A model generated the notes under the pieces. It had not been told where the DNA came from, ran no database searches, and was given only the letters and a program-made list of their open reading frames with translations. A DNA stretch of 64,000 nt from Octopus bimaculoides (Eukaryota): positions 15,179,682 through 15,243,681 of the forward strand of contig NC_068982.1 of assembly GCF_001194135.2 (NCBI RefSeq), in the 5' to 3' direction. The position numbers and the translations under genes are program-made. The number at the start of each line of letters is the position of its first letter. The first letter of the stretch is position 1. Of this stretch, positions 11,757 to 25,827 are shown one piece after another.

Positions 11757-12205
11757 CAAGCCGGCAAGCTGGCAGAATCGTTAACAAATTGGATAAAATG
11801 CTTAATGGTATTTCACTCGTCACTATGTTCTGAGTTCAAATTCCGCTGAGGTCGACTTTGCTTTCCATCCTTTCGGGGTCAATAAATTAAGTACCAGTTA
11901 CGCACTCGGGTTGATATAATTGATTTATCTCCACCCCCAAAATTTCAGGCCTTGTGCCTATAATAGAAAGGATTATTATCATCCTCCACAAGGCAGCGAG
12001 CTGGCAGAATCGTTAGCAAATTGGATGAAATGCTTAGCGGTATTTCACTCATCGCTATGTTCTGAGTTCAAATTCTGCCAAGATTGATTTTGCCTTTCAT
12101 TCTTTTTGGGTCAATAAAATAAGTACCAGTTAAACACTGGAGTCAATATAATCAACTCATCTCCACCTCCCCCAAGCTGCTCTTGTGGCAAAAATTTGAA
12201 ATAAT
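11757..12205 (+). mobile_element. Two tandem tRNA-derived SINEs (family C). Others at 21558-21775(+), 21942-22158(+), 31245-31450(+), 52487-52590(+), 58765-58960(-); decayed at ~2940-3035, 16016-16230, 18045-18140, 19330-19480
   Basis: AGCTGGCAGAA..GAGTTCAAATTCC (B-box)..GCCTTTCATCCTTTCGGGGTCGATAAATTAAGTACC..CCTTGTGCCTA..AGAAAGGATT. Confidence 0.85.
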
Positions 12206-12482
12206 TCTTATCATCCGCCTCCAATTTGAAAACAGTTGACTGCCACAAGCTTCAGTGTATAAAATAAATTGTAATGGCTGAATACAATCTGTGAAAAGTT
12301 ATTTTTTACCTTTGTCAATATATTTTGGTACATCCCTTACTGTACATCTCTTAGCCTTCACTGAAACCGATTCCCAGTCATTTCTATAATCATCACATAT
12401 ATGATAGCATACCAAAAAGACAAACATGAAACAACAGCAGAAATTGTAAAGGAGTGAGTATATATTAGTCTACAGCATTTAC

Positions 12483-12616
12483 CTGGTCTCCGTCCTGTAG
12501 AAGTTGGAGCTGGAGTAACTTTCCGTTTTTTGGGTGCTTTTGGTTCTGCCTCTGAAGGATGGTAGTCTGAATCACTGTCGTTCGTTTGTTCCACTAAATC
12601 AACATTCCGGTAATCT
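12483..12616 (-). CDS. C2H2 ZF gene internal exon (acidic patch plus basic NLS-like PKKRKV)
   Basis: Acceptor ctacttttgtcag|A GAT TAC, donor AGA CCA G|gtaaat. 134 nt, phase 2 to 1. Encodes DYRNVDLVEQTNDSDSDYHPSEAEPKAPKKRKVTPAPTSTGRRP. Confidence 0.88.
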
Positions 12617-12734
12617 CTGACAAAAGTAGATAATAGTAGAGTCAAGAAGATGTTATTGAAAAACATGGCACATTCAAAGTAATTTAGAAAATAACCATAT
12701 TTTTAAAAATCTGCAGCTTTAATTTTTTTTCCAT

Positions 12735-13165
12735 CATCATTTAACGTCCACCTTCCATGCTGGCATGGGTTGGACGATTTGACTGGGGACTGGTGAACCA
12801 TATGGCTACACCAGACACCAATCTGATCTGGCAGAGTTTCTACAGCTGGATGCCCTTCCTAACGCCAACCACTCCGAGAGTGTAGTGGGTGCTTTTTACG
12901 TGCCACCGGCATGAGGGCCAGTCTGGCGGTATTGGCAACGGCCATGCTCAAATGGTGTTTTTTACGTGCCACCTGCACAGGAGTCAGTCCAATGTTCTGT
13001 TCACATGCCACCGGCACAAGTGCCAGTAAGGCGAAGCTGGAAACAATCGCGCTCAAATGGTGCTTTTTACGTGCCACCGGCATGGAAGCGAGACCGCTAC
13101 TCTGGCAGTGATCCTGCTCGGATGGTGCTGTTAGTACTCCACCGGCACGAGTGCCAGTCTCTCTT
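12735..13165 (-). mobile_element. LINE 3'-tail copy (GAT-tail family)
   Basis: Same signature. Confidence 0.85.
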
Positions 13166-13876
13166 TTGAAATTTCTAATAAGCCCTTCCATAACTTTTCT
13201 TATGAAATGCACTGCACAAATATTTGTGCAGTGTTTCAATTAATTTTGGAAGTGATCAAAAATTTGGAAGCATTTAGTAAAATAGCATAACATTTTTATG
13301 AAGCTATGATTTGAATGTAACTGACAGAATGGTTCTTAAATGAATATTAAAAAAATGGAAAGTTTAATTTAAATATAAACACTAAAACGAGAGATTTTGT
13401 ATTCTACAGGCAGAAATAGTCATGAACAAGTTGGTATTGAAAGGGTTTAAGGATGTCAAAAATAACTGAATGATATTTACCATACTAGTATATTTTAGTA
13501 ATTAACCCTTTTGATACCAACCTACATGAGACTGCTCTTGATATCATGATACAAACCCTTTCGTTACCAATCCGGCTGAAACCGGCTCTGGCTCTGTAGT
13601 ACAAATGTTTTGTTTTCAAAAGTTCTGAATTAAAATCTTCCACCAAACCTTAGTCACAATTTATGTTTCTAACACTAGCTTAATGATAACTAAGTTATTT
13701 TACTAAATTCTTTGTTATATTTAAAATTAATTGAAAGAAACACAGAGCATCTCAACAGAAATATGGTAAGAAAAGTGTTAAAGTGATCTAAGTTAAAACT
13801 TTATGTTCCAAACACCAGTTTAATAACTAATTTACTTTATTAAATTCTTTTTTTTTATTATTTTAAATTAATGGAA

Positions 13877-14193
13877 GTTGGCACAATGGCCCAGTGGTTA
13901 GAGCAGTGAACTCGCAGTCAAAGGATCACGGTTTCGATTCCCAGACTGAGTGTTGTGTGTTTATTGAGCGAAAACACCTAAAGCTCCATGAGGCTCCAGC
14001 ACGGGGTGGTGGCGACCCCTCTTGCACTCTTTTGCCCCAACTTTCTCTCACTCTTTCTTCCTGTTTCTTGAGTAAAAAGCTGCTATGGACTGGTGTCCCA
14101 TTCAGCTGGGGGTGGGGGAACACATACGCCATGGAAACCAGGAAACCGGCCCTATGCTCCACAACGGGCTAAGAGGAATTTCCATTCCATTCC
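13877..14193 (+). mobile_element. tRNA-derived SINE (family D) with 12-bp TSD, inside a MITE remnant
   Basis: Head GGCACAATGGCCCAGTGGTTAG..GGTTTCGATTCCC, (TTCCA)n tail. AAATTAATGGAA at 13865-13876 and 14194-14205. Confidence 0.82.
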
Positions 14194-14753
14194 AAATTAA
14201 TGGAAACAAAGACATGTTTCAGCAAAAATATGGTAATGAAAGTGTTCAAAGCTTTACCCATAGAAACATACATTTTCTTGGAAACAAGCTATATCTTTCT
14301 GTGGAAAGGGTGCAGCCAACTGAATTAATCTCCAGTTTATGACTGTGAATGATTTTACTGAGTTCACAGAAAAGGGAACTCAAGTGAACCTGACAGAAAT
14401 TAAACATAAAAACTAGAGTAATAAAACTAAAATCCTGTTTTTACCTCTTCAATGAAGTTTAACAATGACAACAGCAACAACAATAATGTTTTTTTTCAAG
14501 ACACTTTTTAAAAAGAGAAAATATTACATTTGATCAAATGAACAGGATTCTACTTTTTCTTTTACTTGTTTCATTTTGACTGGAGTCATGCTGGAGCACT
14601 GCCTTTAGTCGAGCACATCCCCGCCCCCAGGACTTATTCTTTGCAAGCCCACTACTTATTCTATTGATCTCTTTTGCTGAACCGCTAAGTTACGGGGATG
14701 TAAACACACCAGCATCGGTTGTCAAGCGATGTTGGTGGGGACACACACATACA

Positions 14754-14793
<40 letters not shown>

Positions 14794-16429
14794 CAATAGG
14801 CTTTTTTCAGTTTCCGTCTACCAAATCCACTCACAAGGCTTTGGTCAGCCCGAGTCTATGGTAGAAGACACTTGCCTAAGGTGCCACACAGTGGGACTGA
14901 ACCCAGAACCATGTGGTTGGTTAGCAAACTACTTACCACACACCCACAATCAATATTTGTTAAATACAAATGTTTAATTGACTAAAAATCAAAAGCTGGA
15001 GTCCCTAAAACAATCTGAAGTTATCTTCAACTTGGTCCTGTGACAACTCTGGTGTTAAGTTGCATAGACAGGGAAAACCCACCGTATGGACAACCACTGG
15101 TCTTCCACACAACCGTGTCTAGGCTTGTACCCTCTTTGAAGGCAGATCCAAGACCTCTCAAGAGTGAAGGATGCACATAACCCTATAGCTTAAACCAGAA
15201 CAATTGTGGAAATCAGGTATATCCACTCAAAATTAACAGTGGAAAGCAGTTTTATAAACCAATCTATCTTTTGTTGAGGACTGTCATGTTTGAAACTAGT
15301 TCATGTTGAGATATGTCAAGTTCATTGGAGCAACAAAACTTGCAGAAAATACCAATTCTATTTTTTTTGGTAGATATTTAAGACCATTACTGGAATAACT
15401 ATGAAATTTAATTTCACAATTAGAGGGTTTGTAGTGCCCTCTCAGATAATTAGATAAAAAAAAAAATAAATAAATGTAGCTTGAGTGACCTTCTATAGAA
15501 TGTTCTGGAACATTCCATGAATTTCCAGATAACATGGAAGTGAGGGATTTCCACTCCACATATTATTAAAGGAAAAAAACGAAAGTTAATCTTCCCTTAT
15601 GGAAGGGCCAAATAGAAATTTCAAAAGCATTTGAGCTTTGGATGAGAAGCATTGAATATATGTAGGTTGTTCTTACAACTGTCCTCTGATTATAAGATGT
15701 ATTGTTTTTATTTCAAGGTATTCTTGTATACTATGTTTGCATACACAACATTGAGAAACTATTATCTGTAAAATTACAGCAGACACCACAATGAATAAAA
15801 CCATTATTGTTCCTGTTTAAGGATTTTCTTTGAGTTGTTTTGTTCTGTTGAATGTTGAGGAGTTTTCACCTAGAAGATGAATATGGTGTAGTGATCCTGC
15901 CAAAGTTTCCTTCAAAGCTAAACTAGTGGTTGGCATGCCAGAGGTGTCTACTGGAAAAGACAACCCAATGTCTAATTCACTAAAGGTTAAACAAGTTGTA
16001 TCACTTCTCTGCTAGGATAATCACAATCCTTTCTACTATAGGCACAATGCCAGCAATTTCAGAGAAAGAGGATAAGTCAATTATAACAGCCACAGTGCTA
16101 AAATGGTGCTTATTTTATCAACCCCAAAAGCACAAAAGGAAAAGTCAACCATAGGCGTATTTTAACCCAGAACATAAAGATAGATGAAATGTTACAAAGC
16201 ATTTTGTCTGATGTGCTAAGAATTCTTCCAGTTCACAAACTTTGCTTGTGTATATATATCATCATCATCATCATCATCGTTTAACGTCCGCTTTCCATGC
16301 TAGCATGGGTTGGACAATTTGACTGAGGACTGGTGAAACCGGATGGCAACACCAGGCTCCAATCTAATTTGGCAGAGTTTCTACAGCTGGATGCCCTTCC
16401 TAACGCCAACCACTCAGCCTATTCCCCAT

Positions 16430-16910
16430 TTCTTTTTAGGAGGGGGTAGCCACAATAAGGCACACACCAGGCATTCCCTTCATTTCCCAGCTCAAAGGGG
16501 TGAGCCCCATTCTATGCTTGGGTCAAGGCATAGAAAGCAACCCCTAATATCAGCAGCGAGGCCCTGACAGCAATATGCTGGTTTACCCTCACTGCATCAT
16601 GCTGGTTCCATACCCCTTTAAGCAACATCAAAATTCACTCATCCGTCCACAAACACTCTTCAAGCTTTCCTATCATTTATAAACTCTCTTGCCTCTCTCA
16701 CTCCAACACCTCTAACCACCAAAGCTTTTCTCACTCCATCCATCCACACAAACCGAGGTCTGCCTCTAGTTCTGCTGCCTACTACTTCAGTCTTCATCAC
16801 CCTCCTTACCATCCACACCTCATCCATCCTCTCCATTCGTCTATCCAATTTGGTTGTTAGTTTTTCTCTCATTCCTGTTCGTCTTCACACCTTCTCATTC
16901 CTCATCCTGT
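16430..16910 (-). mobile_element. RTE-clade LINE 3' end (different family)
   Basis: ORF 16660-16872 RMERMDEVWMVRRVMKTEVVGSRTRGRPRFVWMDGVRKAL..DRKA* is the RTE C-terminal RGRPR..W.D motif. Confidence 0.75.
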
Positions 16911-18375
16911 CCATCCGTGTCACAGGACATGGATGATATAATCATAATGCTGGCAATTTCTATCACAAGTACAATATTCCAAAATTTTGAGAAATGGCAC
17001 AAGCAATTTAATCTAATCCTATTCCTGACTAATTCTTATTTAATTGATCCCTATCCCAACCATCATGGTTCTCTCTTAGGCATACCTTGCTTCATGTCTT
17101 TAATACCTAACTGTTCCCCTTAGCTTACCTGTACCTTACCTATGCTAGTTAACGTTCTACATTCACTGGATCATACTTCCTGAAAGGATAAGTTCTACCA
17201 TACCATTTCGGACTAGTTTCAGGGCACAAAGATGAATCTCCAGTTGTGTTTACAACTTAATGGGTAGACCAATAAAGGAAACTAAATGTGGTCGCTCATA
17301 TCAGCCAATTAGCTCTCAATTCATGATGTATTATGTTAAGGAAGAACACACCTGATAATGAAGTCCCAGGTATATCTAAATGACTGGATGGTTACAAATG
17401 AAATACCTTTAATCATAAGTCTGCTCAATCAAAATTGTCCAATGATATATCTTTTATCTTTTACTTATTTCGATCATTTGACCATGTTAGGGGGACCGTC
17501 TTGAAGCACTTTTATTCCAATGGATCGACCCCAGAGCTTTTTTTTTTTAAAAGCTTGGTACTTATTCTATCGGTCTCTTTTGCAGAACAGCTAAGTTACG
17601 GGAAGGTAAACACACCAACACAGGTTGTCAAATGGTGGTGGGAGACGGGCTAGTTTCTGTTTCCGTCTACGAAATCCAATTACAAAGCTAAAACAAAAAA
17701 GAAAAAAAAAAAAGAAAAATCCAACGAACATAATTATTAATTATTTAGTTTCTTGTTGGCCTATCCGGTCCTCGTTCTCATTTGAAATACACAACAATTT
17801 TCTTCAACACACCTAAAACGCAGATAATTACATATTTATGTAAATACGAGAACCAGAAACTAGATTTAGTGATAATGATATGAAACACGCGCGAAATTTA
17901 ATCTTTCTCTAAACAGCGATAGCAATTTATCACAGACAGCATTACCAGATGATCTGAAACTTGTTACTGACAGCTGGGGAAGCTAAGGACGAGTCCAAGA
18001 TAAGAGTCCGAAAGGTGCTTTTTATTTGAAATTATTACCGGCGGATTGATAGAATTGTTAGCGTCGGACAAATCCCATTGAAATTAAATGTGCTATTCAT
18101 CTTTTTAGGATCGATAAAAATATGAAGTACCAGTTAAATACTGATCCGATTTATATGGCTAGAATTGCATATAAAGAAAACAATTTATAAATCTAAAATG
18201 AAAGTAAATATATGGTAAGGGAGGTAACTCCCATTAATTAATCAAAGGGAGATAATATTCATTGCTTGAGAATAATGCAGAAAACCCTCCCCCTGTTCGT
18301 GTTGCGGAGTTGGTGCGTTCTTGAAAAAATCTGTCGTAACGCGAAAACTATTTTCTCATTAATTTTCATGTTATA

Positions 18376-18586
18376 CAGTAATCCCTCGACTATCGCTGGT
18401 GTTACGTTCCAAAACCCACCGCGATAGGTGAAAATCCGCGAAGTAGAAACAATACTGTAACGTAATGTATATTTAAAAAAAATTATTTTCTTAATTTGTA
18501 TATATTTAATTATAAATGCAAAACAACACCACGGAGGAATCGACGTAAGCTTAAATAATAAACCACGATGTGGCGAGGGATTACTG
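18376..18586. mobile_element. Tigger/pogo-like (Tc1/mariner) MITE
   Basis: TA|CAGTAATCCCTCG...CGAGGGATTACTG|TA. Second copy at 43927-44489. Confidence 0.88.
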
Positions 18587-19602
18587 TAAAGAGATAATGC
18601 CTTCCTACGGATTTTTTCGAAACAAGAACGAAAATCAAGCCACACAATTACCTTTAAGTATGAAAGTAAACAACTTGTAAACAAACATAGTAAGATGTAT
18701 ACATAAAAAAACTATTTGAAGAGAAATATGTTAGAGCATAAATTAGAATCGAAATATTGTAATAGGGTATGTTCTTATCAACAAAAAAATATTGATTACT
18801 GTGTGAGGAATGGTGGTAGAGGAATGAAGGTGACATGGAGGAAGACGTTATCCTCTATCTTATAGTCCATTGTCGTCAACATTTACTTGAGGGGCTAAGA
18901 ACTTGTCTAGTGCCATGTAAAATGTACTCAGCCACACACTGTAAAGTGGTTGGCGTTAGAAAGGGCACCCAACAGCAAAAACTATGCCAAAGCAGACAAT
19001 TGAAGTCTGGTGCAACTCTCCGGCCTTGCCAGCTCCTGTCAAACCATCCAACCCATGCCAGCATGGAAAATGAGCATTAAATGATGATCAACATTCTCTT
19101 TCCAAATCCTGCTGCATTTCACATGGAATCTTTGTGCCTCTAAAGTTGTCTTGGTGTGTAAGTCGACCTACTTATTTTGGCTGTAAATTTTGACTTGTAT
19201 GCTGGTAGTGTGGTACATACATTCAGTTAGGTAGACTGAGCCATTGAAAACAGATTAGGGGACATGGGCTTTCCACTCTTTAGCTAGTTGAATAGGTGAA
19301 AGGGGAAAATTTTGTGAAATGGAGAAGCACTAATAATGGTCTCTAACATAGGTAGAAGACCCAAATGTTGGGAAAGGCAACAATTTAATAAATCAACCCC
19401 CACCACTGGGACTTGAATGATACTTTAGTTGCCTCCTCCTCTTCTAAAATGGGCAAAAAGCAAACAGGATTTGACTCATGTTCACAATTCTGACAGTAAT
19501 TTAACTTATCGTTATTCTAAGTTTGGAAGAAAAACAGAAGATAACTGGGAAAAATTAAAGAGGATTAGAAAATGCAGCTTTATGAGATTCAGACAGTATT
19601 AA

Positions 19603-20030
19603 CCCTTTAACATTCAGTTTTACTGTCAAATGTAATATCTATTCACATGAATTTGAATTAGTCATGCATCATCTTGCAGTTTTTAAATTTCAATAACGTG
19701 ATTGTTTATTTTTAGAATGATGTAGGGGAAATGAAAGAGGTCAAATCTGGTCAGTTTCAACATAAAGAAGAAATGTTTCCTTCTCAAGCCATGCCAGGTT
19801 TCAGTGGCCAACAAATTCCCCACCTGGACGGGACACTAATTTGTCGCAGGATTGCTCATTTTTGCCAGCTGAGTGGACTGGAGCAACGAGAAGTGAAGTG
19901 TTTTGCTCAAGAACACAATGCATCACCTGGTCCAGGAATCGAAACCACAATCTTACGATCATGAGTCCAACACCTTAACCAGAGCCATGCGCCTCCACCA
20001 TAAAACAGGTCAAATATTTTGGTTGGATTA
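19603..20030. mobile_element. Second TTAA|CCC-type MITE family, split by SINE F. Pieces also at 1-118, 4294-4410, 54805-55255
   Basis: TTAACCCTT..GTCAAATGTAAT..TTTGAATTAATCATGCAT..GAGGTCA..CATAAAACAG shared among the copies. Confidence 0.65.
19770..19997 (-). mobile_element. tRNA-derived SINE (family F). Other copies 57713-57930(+) and 63247-63480(+)
   Basis: Head GGAGGCGCATGGCT..GGTTAAGGTGTTGGACTCATGATC..GGTTTCGATTCC, then TTGAGCAAAACACTTCA. Confidence 0.75.
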
Positions 20031-20108
20031 AACAATACAATACATACTCAGTCCATGTATAACGAATGCCACAAAAACACAAGTTAATTATGGATACAAC
20101 TTAATTAC

Positions 20109-21178
20109 CTAAATTTGTAGGGAATAACTCGCCGTCGAGCCGGAACCTTCCCTGATCGTCTCTCAATTTCATAATCATTCGCCTGAACTCCAATTTCCAC
20201 ACTAATTGGTGTGAGAGGCTTCCTCAGCACCATTTCATTTTCTTTCGTAACCGATCCATTGTCATCACTGTCTTTAGTCTGGTTATTATTGCATGTACTA
20301 CTTACTTGTTCAGCGCTCTTGTTATTAACATTACCTAAATTGTTCTGCAAGATTGATATTGCAATTAAAGTCTCTGCAGTGATTGCATCTTCACAATTAG
20401 TTCCAATCTTTGTACCATTCTCACCCGTGGTGGAATGTTTCCCATCCGGAACAACAGAAACGGGGTTTTTGGTGTCAGCACTTTCACTAGTTTTAGACTG
20501 TCTTTTTTCTGTCTCTGTATCCACAGTTTCAGTGACTGAATCATTTGAACTTTTGGAATGCGAGAGATTGTTAGAATTATTCCCTTCTGACACTTCTTTT
20601 ACTGATACTGCTTTTGATTCTGTATTCTGGCATGCAGTAATTGATACCGATACAGGAACCAGAATTACATCCTTACATTCAACTGTGCTAGAGTCTTTTT
20701 GAGCATCATTGACAACATCAACCTTTTCCACCACGGTCTCCACTGGGAAGGGTGTTTCATTGGCTACATTCAAAAGATTATTTTCTATTATTTCAACAGA
20801 ATCTATTGTTTGACTGGAATCATCAGTTTTCCTATCTCTTAAAGTGATATAATTACCAACAACTGGTGAAGCAGTTATGGCCGTTTCAATGTCTTCCTTT
20901 TCAGAAATTAGGTTACTTTCTGCTTGATGTAGGTCTATCTTGGCAGCAGAACTCTCTTCTTTTTTGGCACAATTCATCTGATCCTCATTGACATGCTCAG
21001 AGCCTTCATTACCTACACTGTTTTCTGATGCTACTTGAATCACCGTTTTTTGCTCTGGGCAAGCTTCTATTGCATTGTCTGAAGATGAGGAATTGTTGAC
21101 AACATCTGAAGAGTTGTTTTTATAACTGTTTTCTTCATTTGTCACATTGCAGGTAGCTTCAAGGGTGCAAGTTTCCAT
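20109..21178 (-). CDS. C2H2 zinc-finger protein, first main coding exon (Ser/Asn/Glu/Thr-rich low-complexity N-terminus)
   Basis: 357-aa ORF. Acceptor ttttcttctgcactcatttag|TAACG-ATG (exon starts 21183), strong Kozak context ACGATGG. Donor AAATTTAG|gtaatt at 20109 is phase 2 and matches the next exon (...IPYKFR|DYRN). Confidence 0.88.
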
Positions 21179-24148
21179 CGTTACTAAATGAGTGCAGAAG
21201 AAAAGTTGCAGTTTTTAAAGCAGGCATCTATTATTAGTCATATCACAGCAAATGGCCTGAAACAAAAAACAAAAATGGAAAATTATAAGCATAAAAATGT
21301 AGAGATGAATCTAATTGAAAATGGTAGATTGGCAAAAATAATTAAAAAAAAACTCAAAGTAAGTAGATTGGTAATTAGTTATTAAGATAACTCATAAAGA
21401 TGAAAGACCAAGTAGACTCTGATAAAATATGGAATGAAAACAAAATTATAAATGAATACCGAGCTTTGAAAGGTTTTTTTTAAGGGTCAATGTTTAATTT
21501 GTTTTATGATAAGATAGGAAAATCTATCCCTGAACAGTAACATTTCAGGATTATGAAGTGGCATGCTGGCAGAAACGTTAGCACGCCCGGTGAAATGCTT
21601 AGCTGTATTTCGTCTGTCTTTATGTTCTGAGTTCAAATTCCACCAAAGTTGACTTTGCCTTTCATCCTTTCGGGGTTGTAAATTAAGTACCAGTCGTGTA
21701 CTGCGGTCGATCTAATTGACTGGCCCCCCTCCAACAAAATTTTGGGCCTTGTGCCGAGAGTAGAAAAGAACATTTCAAGATTATTGGGCACCTGTTCATG
21801 AAATGAACTACCAATGAAAGAGAAGCTAAGGAGTCACTTGCATGCTAGAAATAGCAGATAAATCTTCCTCAAATCACAACTGATTGTTTTAAAACAGGAA
21901 GGACACATTGAGTAATGTAATCCATTGTAGGTCATTGTAATGTGGCGAGCTGGTAGAAATGTTAGCATGCCGGGCAAAATGCTTAGCAGTATTTCATCTC
22001 CCGCTACGTTCTAAGTTCAAATTCCGCGGAGAGGTTGACTTTACCTTTCATCTTTTGGGGTCGATAAATTAAGTACCAGTTGCGTACTGCGGTCGATCAG
22101 ATTGACTGGCCCCCTACCCCAAAATTTTGGGTCTTGTGCCTAGAGTAGAAAAGAATATTTGTTGTCAGCTCCATGTAAAAGCACCCAATACACTCTGTGA
22201 AGTGGTCGGCATTAGAAAGGGCATGCAGCTATAGAAACCATACCAAGACAGACAACTGGAGCCTGGTGCAGTTCTCTGGATTCCCATCTCTGGTCAAACC
22301 ATCCAATCCAGGCCAGCATAGAAAACAGGTGTTCAATGATGATGATGATGATGATGATGTAGTCTTATCCTTCTAGTGTTAAGGTTATTTTATTCTTTTA
22401 CTTGTTTCAGTAATTTGACTGTGGCCATGCTGGAGCACCGCCTTTTTAGTCGAGCAAATCAACCCTTGGACTTATTCTTTGTAAGCCTAGTACTTATTCT
22501 CTCGGTCTCTTTCTGCTGAACCACTAAGTTATGGGGACGTAAATACACCAGCATCAGTTGTCAAGCGATGTTGGAGGGACAAGCACAGACACACAAACAT
22601 ATATACACACACATATATATATACGACGGGCTTCTTTCAGTTTCCGTCTACCAAATCCACTCACAAGGCTTTGGTCAGCTCAAGGCTATAGTAGAAGACA
22701 CTTGCCCAAGGTGCCACGCAGTGGGACTGAACCCAAAACCATATGGTTGGTAAGCAAGCTACCTACCACACAGCCACTCCTGCGTCTATCTTTATAATTA
22801 AATATTATTAAGAACAGTATTTTTTTTTAAATGTCAAAATATTTTGCGGGTGGATTTGGTAGATGGAAACCGAAAGAAGCCTGTCATATATATGTATATG
22901 CTTTGCTTAAGAGGATCCGTCAAGCCAAGTGCACCCATGCTGGTGGCATGTAAAAAAAACAAAAAACCTTTGAACATTGGGCCAGATGGAGGCAAAGTGG
23001 CTGAGTTCCTTTCAAGTGTTGGGCTTCATGGAGGCAATGACTGACACCTTTGGCATTGTGTTGTGCTTGAGAAGAAGACTCATCAAGCTGAGCAAAATTG
23101 CAGTTGTGGCAGATACCAATGTCATGCAATTCATGCAATTGGCCCCTGTGCTGGTGGCACGGAAAAGTACTCATTGCACTCTCGGGGTGACCGGTATTAG
23201 GAAGGGCATCCAGCTGTAGAAAAACTCTGCCAAATCAGACTGGAGCCTGGCACAAGCCTTCCAGCATGGACAATGGACATTAAATGATAATGACATGTGT
23301 GTGTGTGTGTGTGACTGTGCCCCCTCCCCTTGACGATTAGTGTTGGTTTGTTTATATCACTGTGACTTAGCAGTTTAGCAAAAGAGAATGATAGAATAAG
23401 TGCCAGGCTTAAAAAACAAATTTTTTGTAAATTTTTCAAGGTGGTGCCCCAGTATGGCTGCAGTCTAATAACTAAAACAAAAGTAAACCAAAATAAAAAA
23501 TTTACAATCAGAGAATCCCTGCTACACATCTCACTTTTCACACACACACACACATCTTTAGATAATCTGTTGGAGAGAGTGGGAGGAGAGGAGAAAAAGA
23601 GGGAAGTAGAGAGAGAGAGAGAGAGAGAGAGGAAGTAGAAAGTGATACACCTAATGATAGGAAGGTTTTTAACTTCTCCAGAAGTAATATTATCCCACAA
23701 GATGAACTCCCAGCATCAGGTTATGTAGATAACAGAGCTTACTTAATATTCACAGGAAGCTACTTAAGCAGTTAATATTCGTAAGGTTTTTATCCTGTAT
23801 TACATTATGTTCAGGTACAGTCCTGCTCTGTGATCATCTGTCAAGGATAACACCACACCTTTACTGCATAGGTATTATTTATATTTTTCTGTTTTTCTAA
23901 CACCGTTAACATGGAGAGGAAAGGCAATGATTATCAACCATTGCAGACCTTCCCAGCCAGGCGAAGGAGATGATGTAGTTAATGTTCAGATTAAATTTCT
24001 GCAGGTAGCCATGGGCAGGGAGGGAGTTTTCAGAGAATTGCATTTCAAGGGAATAGATGTTTAGTAGGCAAGGTTTGTAGGTGAGACATACGAAGGAAGA
24101 TAAGAAGAGGTATTATTTGATCCTTTCACCTGCATGATTTTCACAAAG

Positions 24149-24186
<38 letters not shown>

Positions 24187-25523
24187 GGATTTTTTTGCGT
24201 GGAATCAAGTACCCTGACTCCCTAATATGCTGCAAACTCCTTATTTTTGTTAGGAATCATTGGAAATTTTTTTTTGTCTTTTCATTGAATGAATTCCAGT
24301 GACCTCCTGGTATGCTACAAAACCCTTTTTTGGGTCCAGAAGATGAGGTGGAAGCCTCGGAAATTTCACTCCGCCAACTCCATTGATCTTTGCACCGGCA
24401 TGATTTTTCACTAAGGCAAAAAAAAAAAATTAGGCAGGGTGTTATGTGTGGGATGGGGGTTGTATTGCTTGCCAGTTCAGAGGAGCATATTAATTACAGA
24501 AGGCGAGATAGAGAGAGAATAGGGAATGTTAGTGCATTAATGGTTGTGGTAAGCTAACGGATGCTAATCAACATGGAGATCTTTTTAGTTGATAAGGGTT
24601 ACTACTAAGATCTGAAATTTGTGTAGGTGCAGGTGTGGCTGTGAGGTAATAAATTTGCTTCCCAGCCATGTGGTTCCGGGTTCAGTACCACTGCATGGTG
24701 CTTCGGGTGAATGTCTTCTACAGAGCCAGAGGTGGTTTCAGCCAGGTTGGTATCAAAAGTGTTAACTTAATCATTTGTTAAAATGTCCAAAACTCTTCTA
24801 TGATTTATGAAGTTTAGACCCTTCACACTTTATCAAAAAGATACAACTTTTGCTGATGCAGACACCATTTTCTCAAGCCATTTTTTCTTACTTCCTACCA
24901 ATATACAGGGTTGGCCAAAAGCCACGTGACAGTAAATCAAAACCATTTACCGTATTTTAACCCCCTAATTTTGGGGGCTTAAAATTCCATGTATAAGAAA
25001 CTCCCATATTTTTTTTTAACCTAATTTTTGACAAAAAAGGATTCGTTATACATATTAAAATACGGGAATTTCAAGATTAATTTATGTTTAACAACTGAAT
25101 GAATTTAATAAAAGCATCTAAATATGAAACATCTTGAAAATTGTTCAAACTGAAGTCCTTCTTGAGCAACACATTTTTCCATTTGAGTCAATACAGAATT
25201 AGACAGTATTTATGGAAGTTTGTATATACATATATATATATCATCATCATTTAATGTCTGCTTTCCATGCTGGCATGGGTTGGATGGTTTGACAGGAGCC
25301 AGTAAGGCTGGGGGCTGCACCAGTCACCAGTTATCTGTTTTGGCTTGCTTACAGCTGGATGCCCTTCTTAATACCAACCACTTTACTGAGTGTACTGGGT
25401 GCTTTTTATGTGGCACTAGCACCAGTGCTTTTTAACTTGTCACTATATATATGAAATATAATTGCTAACCAAATGTGGTGGTCCCATAGAGGACGATGCT
25501 ACTGCTGTTTTTAGCCCCAGGAG

Positions 25524-25557
<34 letters not shown>

Positions 25558-25827
25558 TGATGCCATGTAAATGGCACCTGTGAAATTGGAGTCGGGCTGT
25601 TGGTGGTTCCTTGTAAATGGCACTCATGAATTGTCAAGTTATTGCCAGTGCCATGCAAATAGCACCCATTTCACTCCATGAGTGGTTGGCATTAGGAAGG
25701 GAATCCAGCAGTAGAAACCATACCAAATTAGACTGAAACCTGGTGCAGCTCTCCGGCTTACCAGTTCCAGTTAAACCGTTTAACCTATGCCAGCATTGAA
25801 AGTGGATGTTAAATGACCTCTCTCTCT

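Noticed and set aside
12617-12666. Signal-peptide-like N-terminus of ORF 12358-12666
   Set aside because: It is the polypyrimidine tract of the intron.
20211-20702. 163-aa plus-strand ORF
   Set aside because: Antisense shadow of the ZF coding exon.
23600-24110. Possible Penelope-type RT fossil on the minus strand (Y*TSIP-like traces)
   Set aside because: Too degraded to support by eye; needs TBLASTN or HMM.
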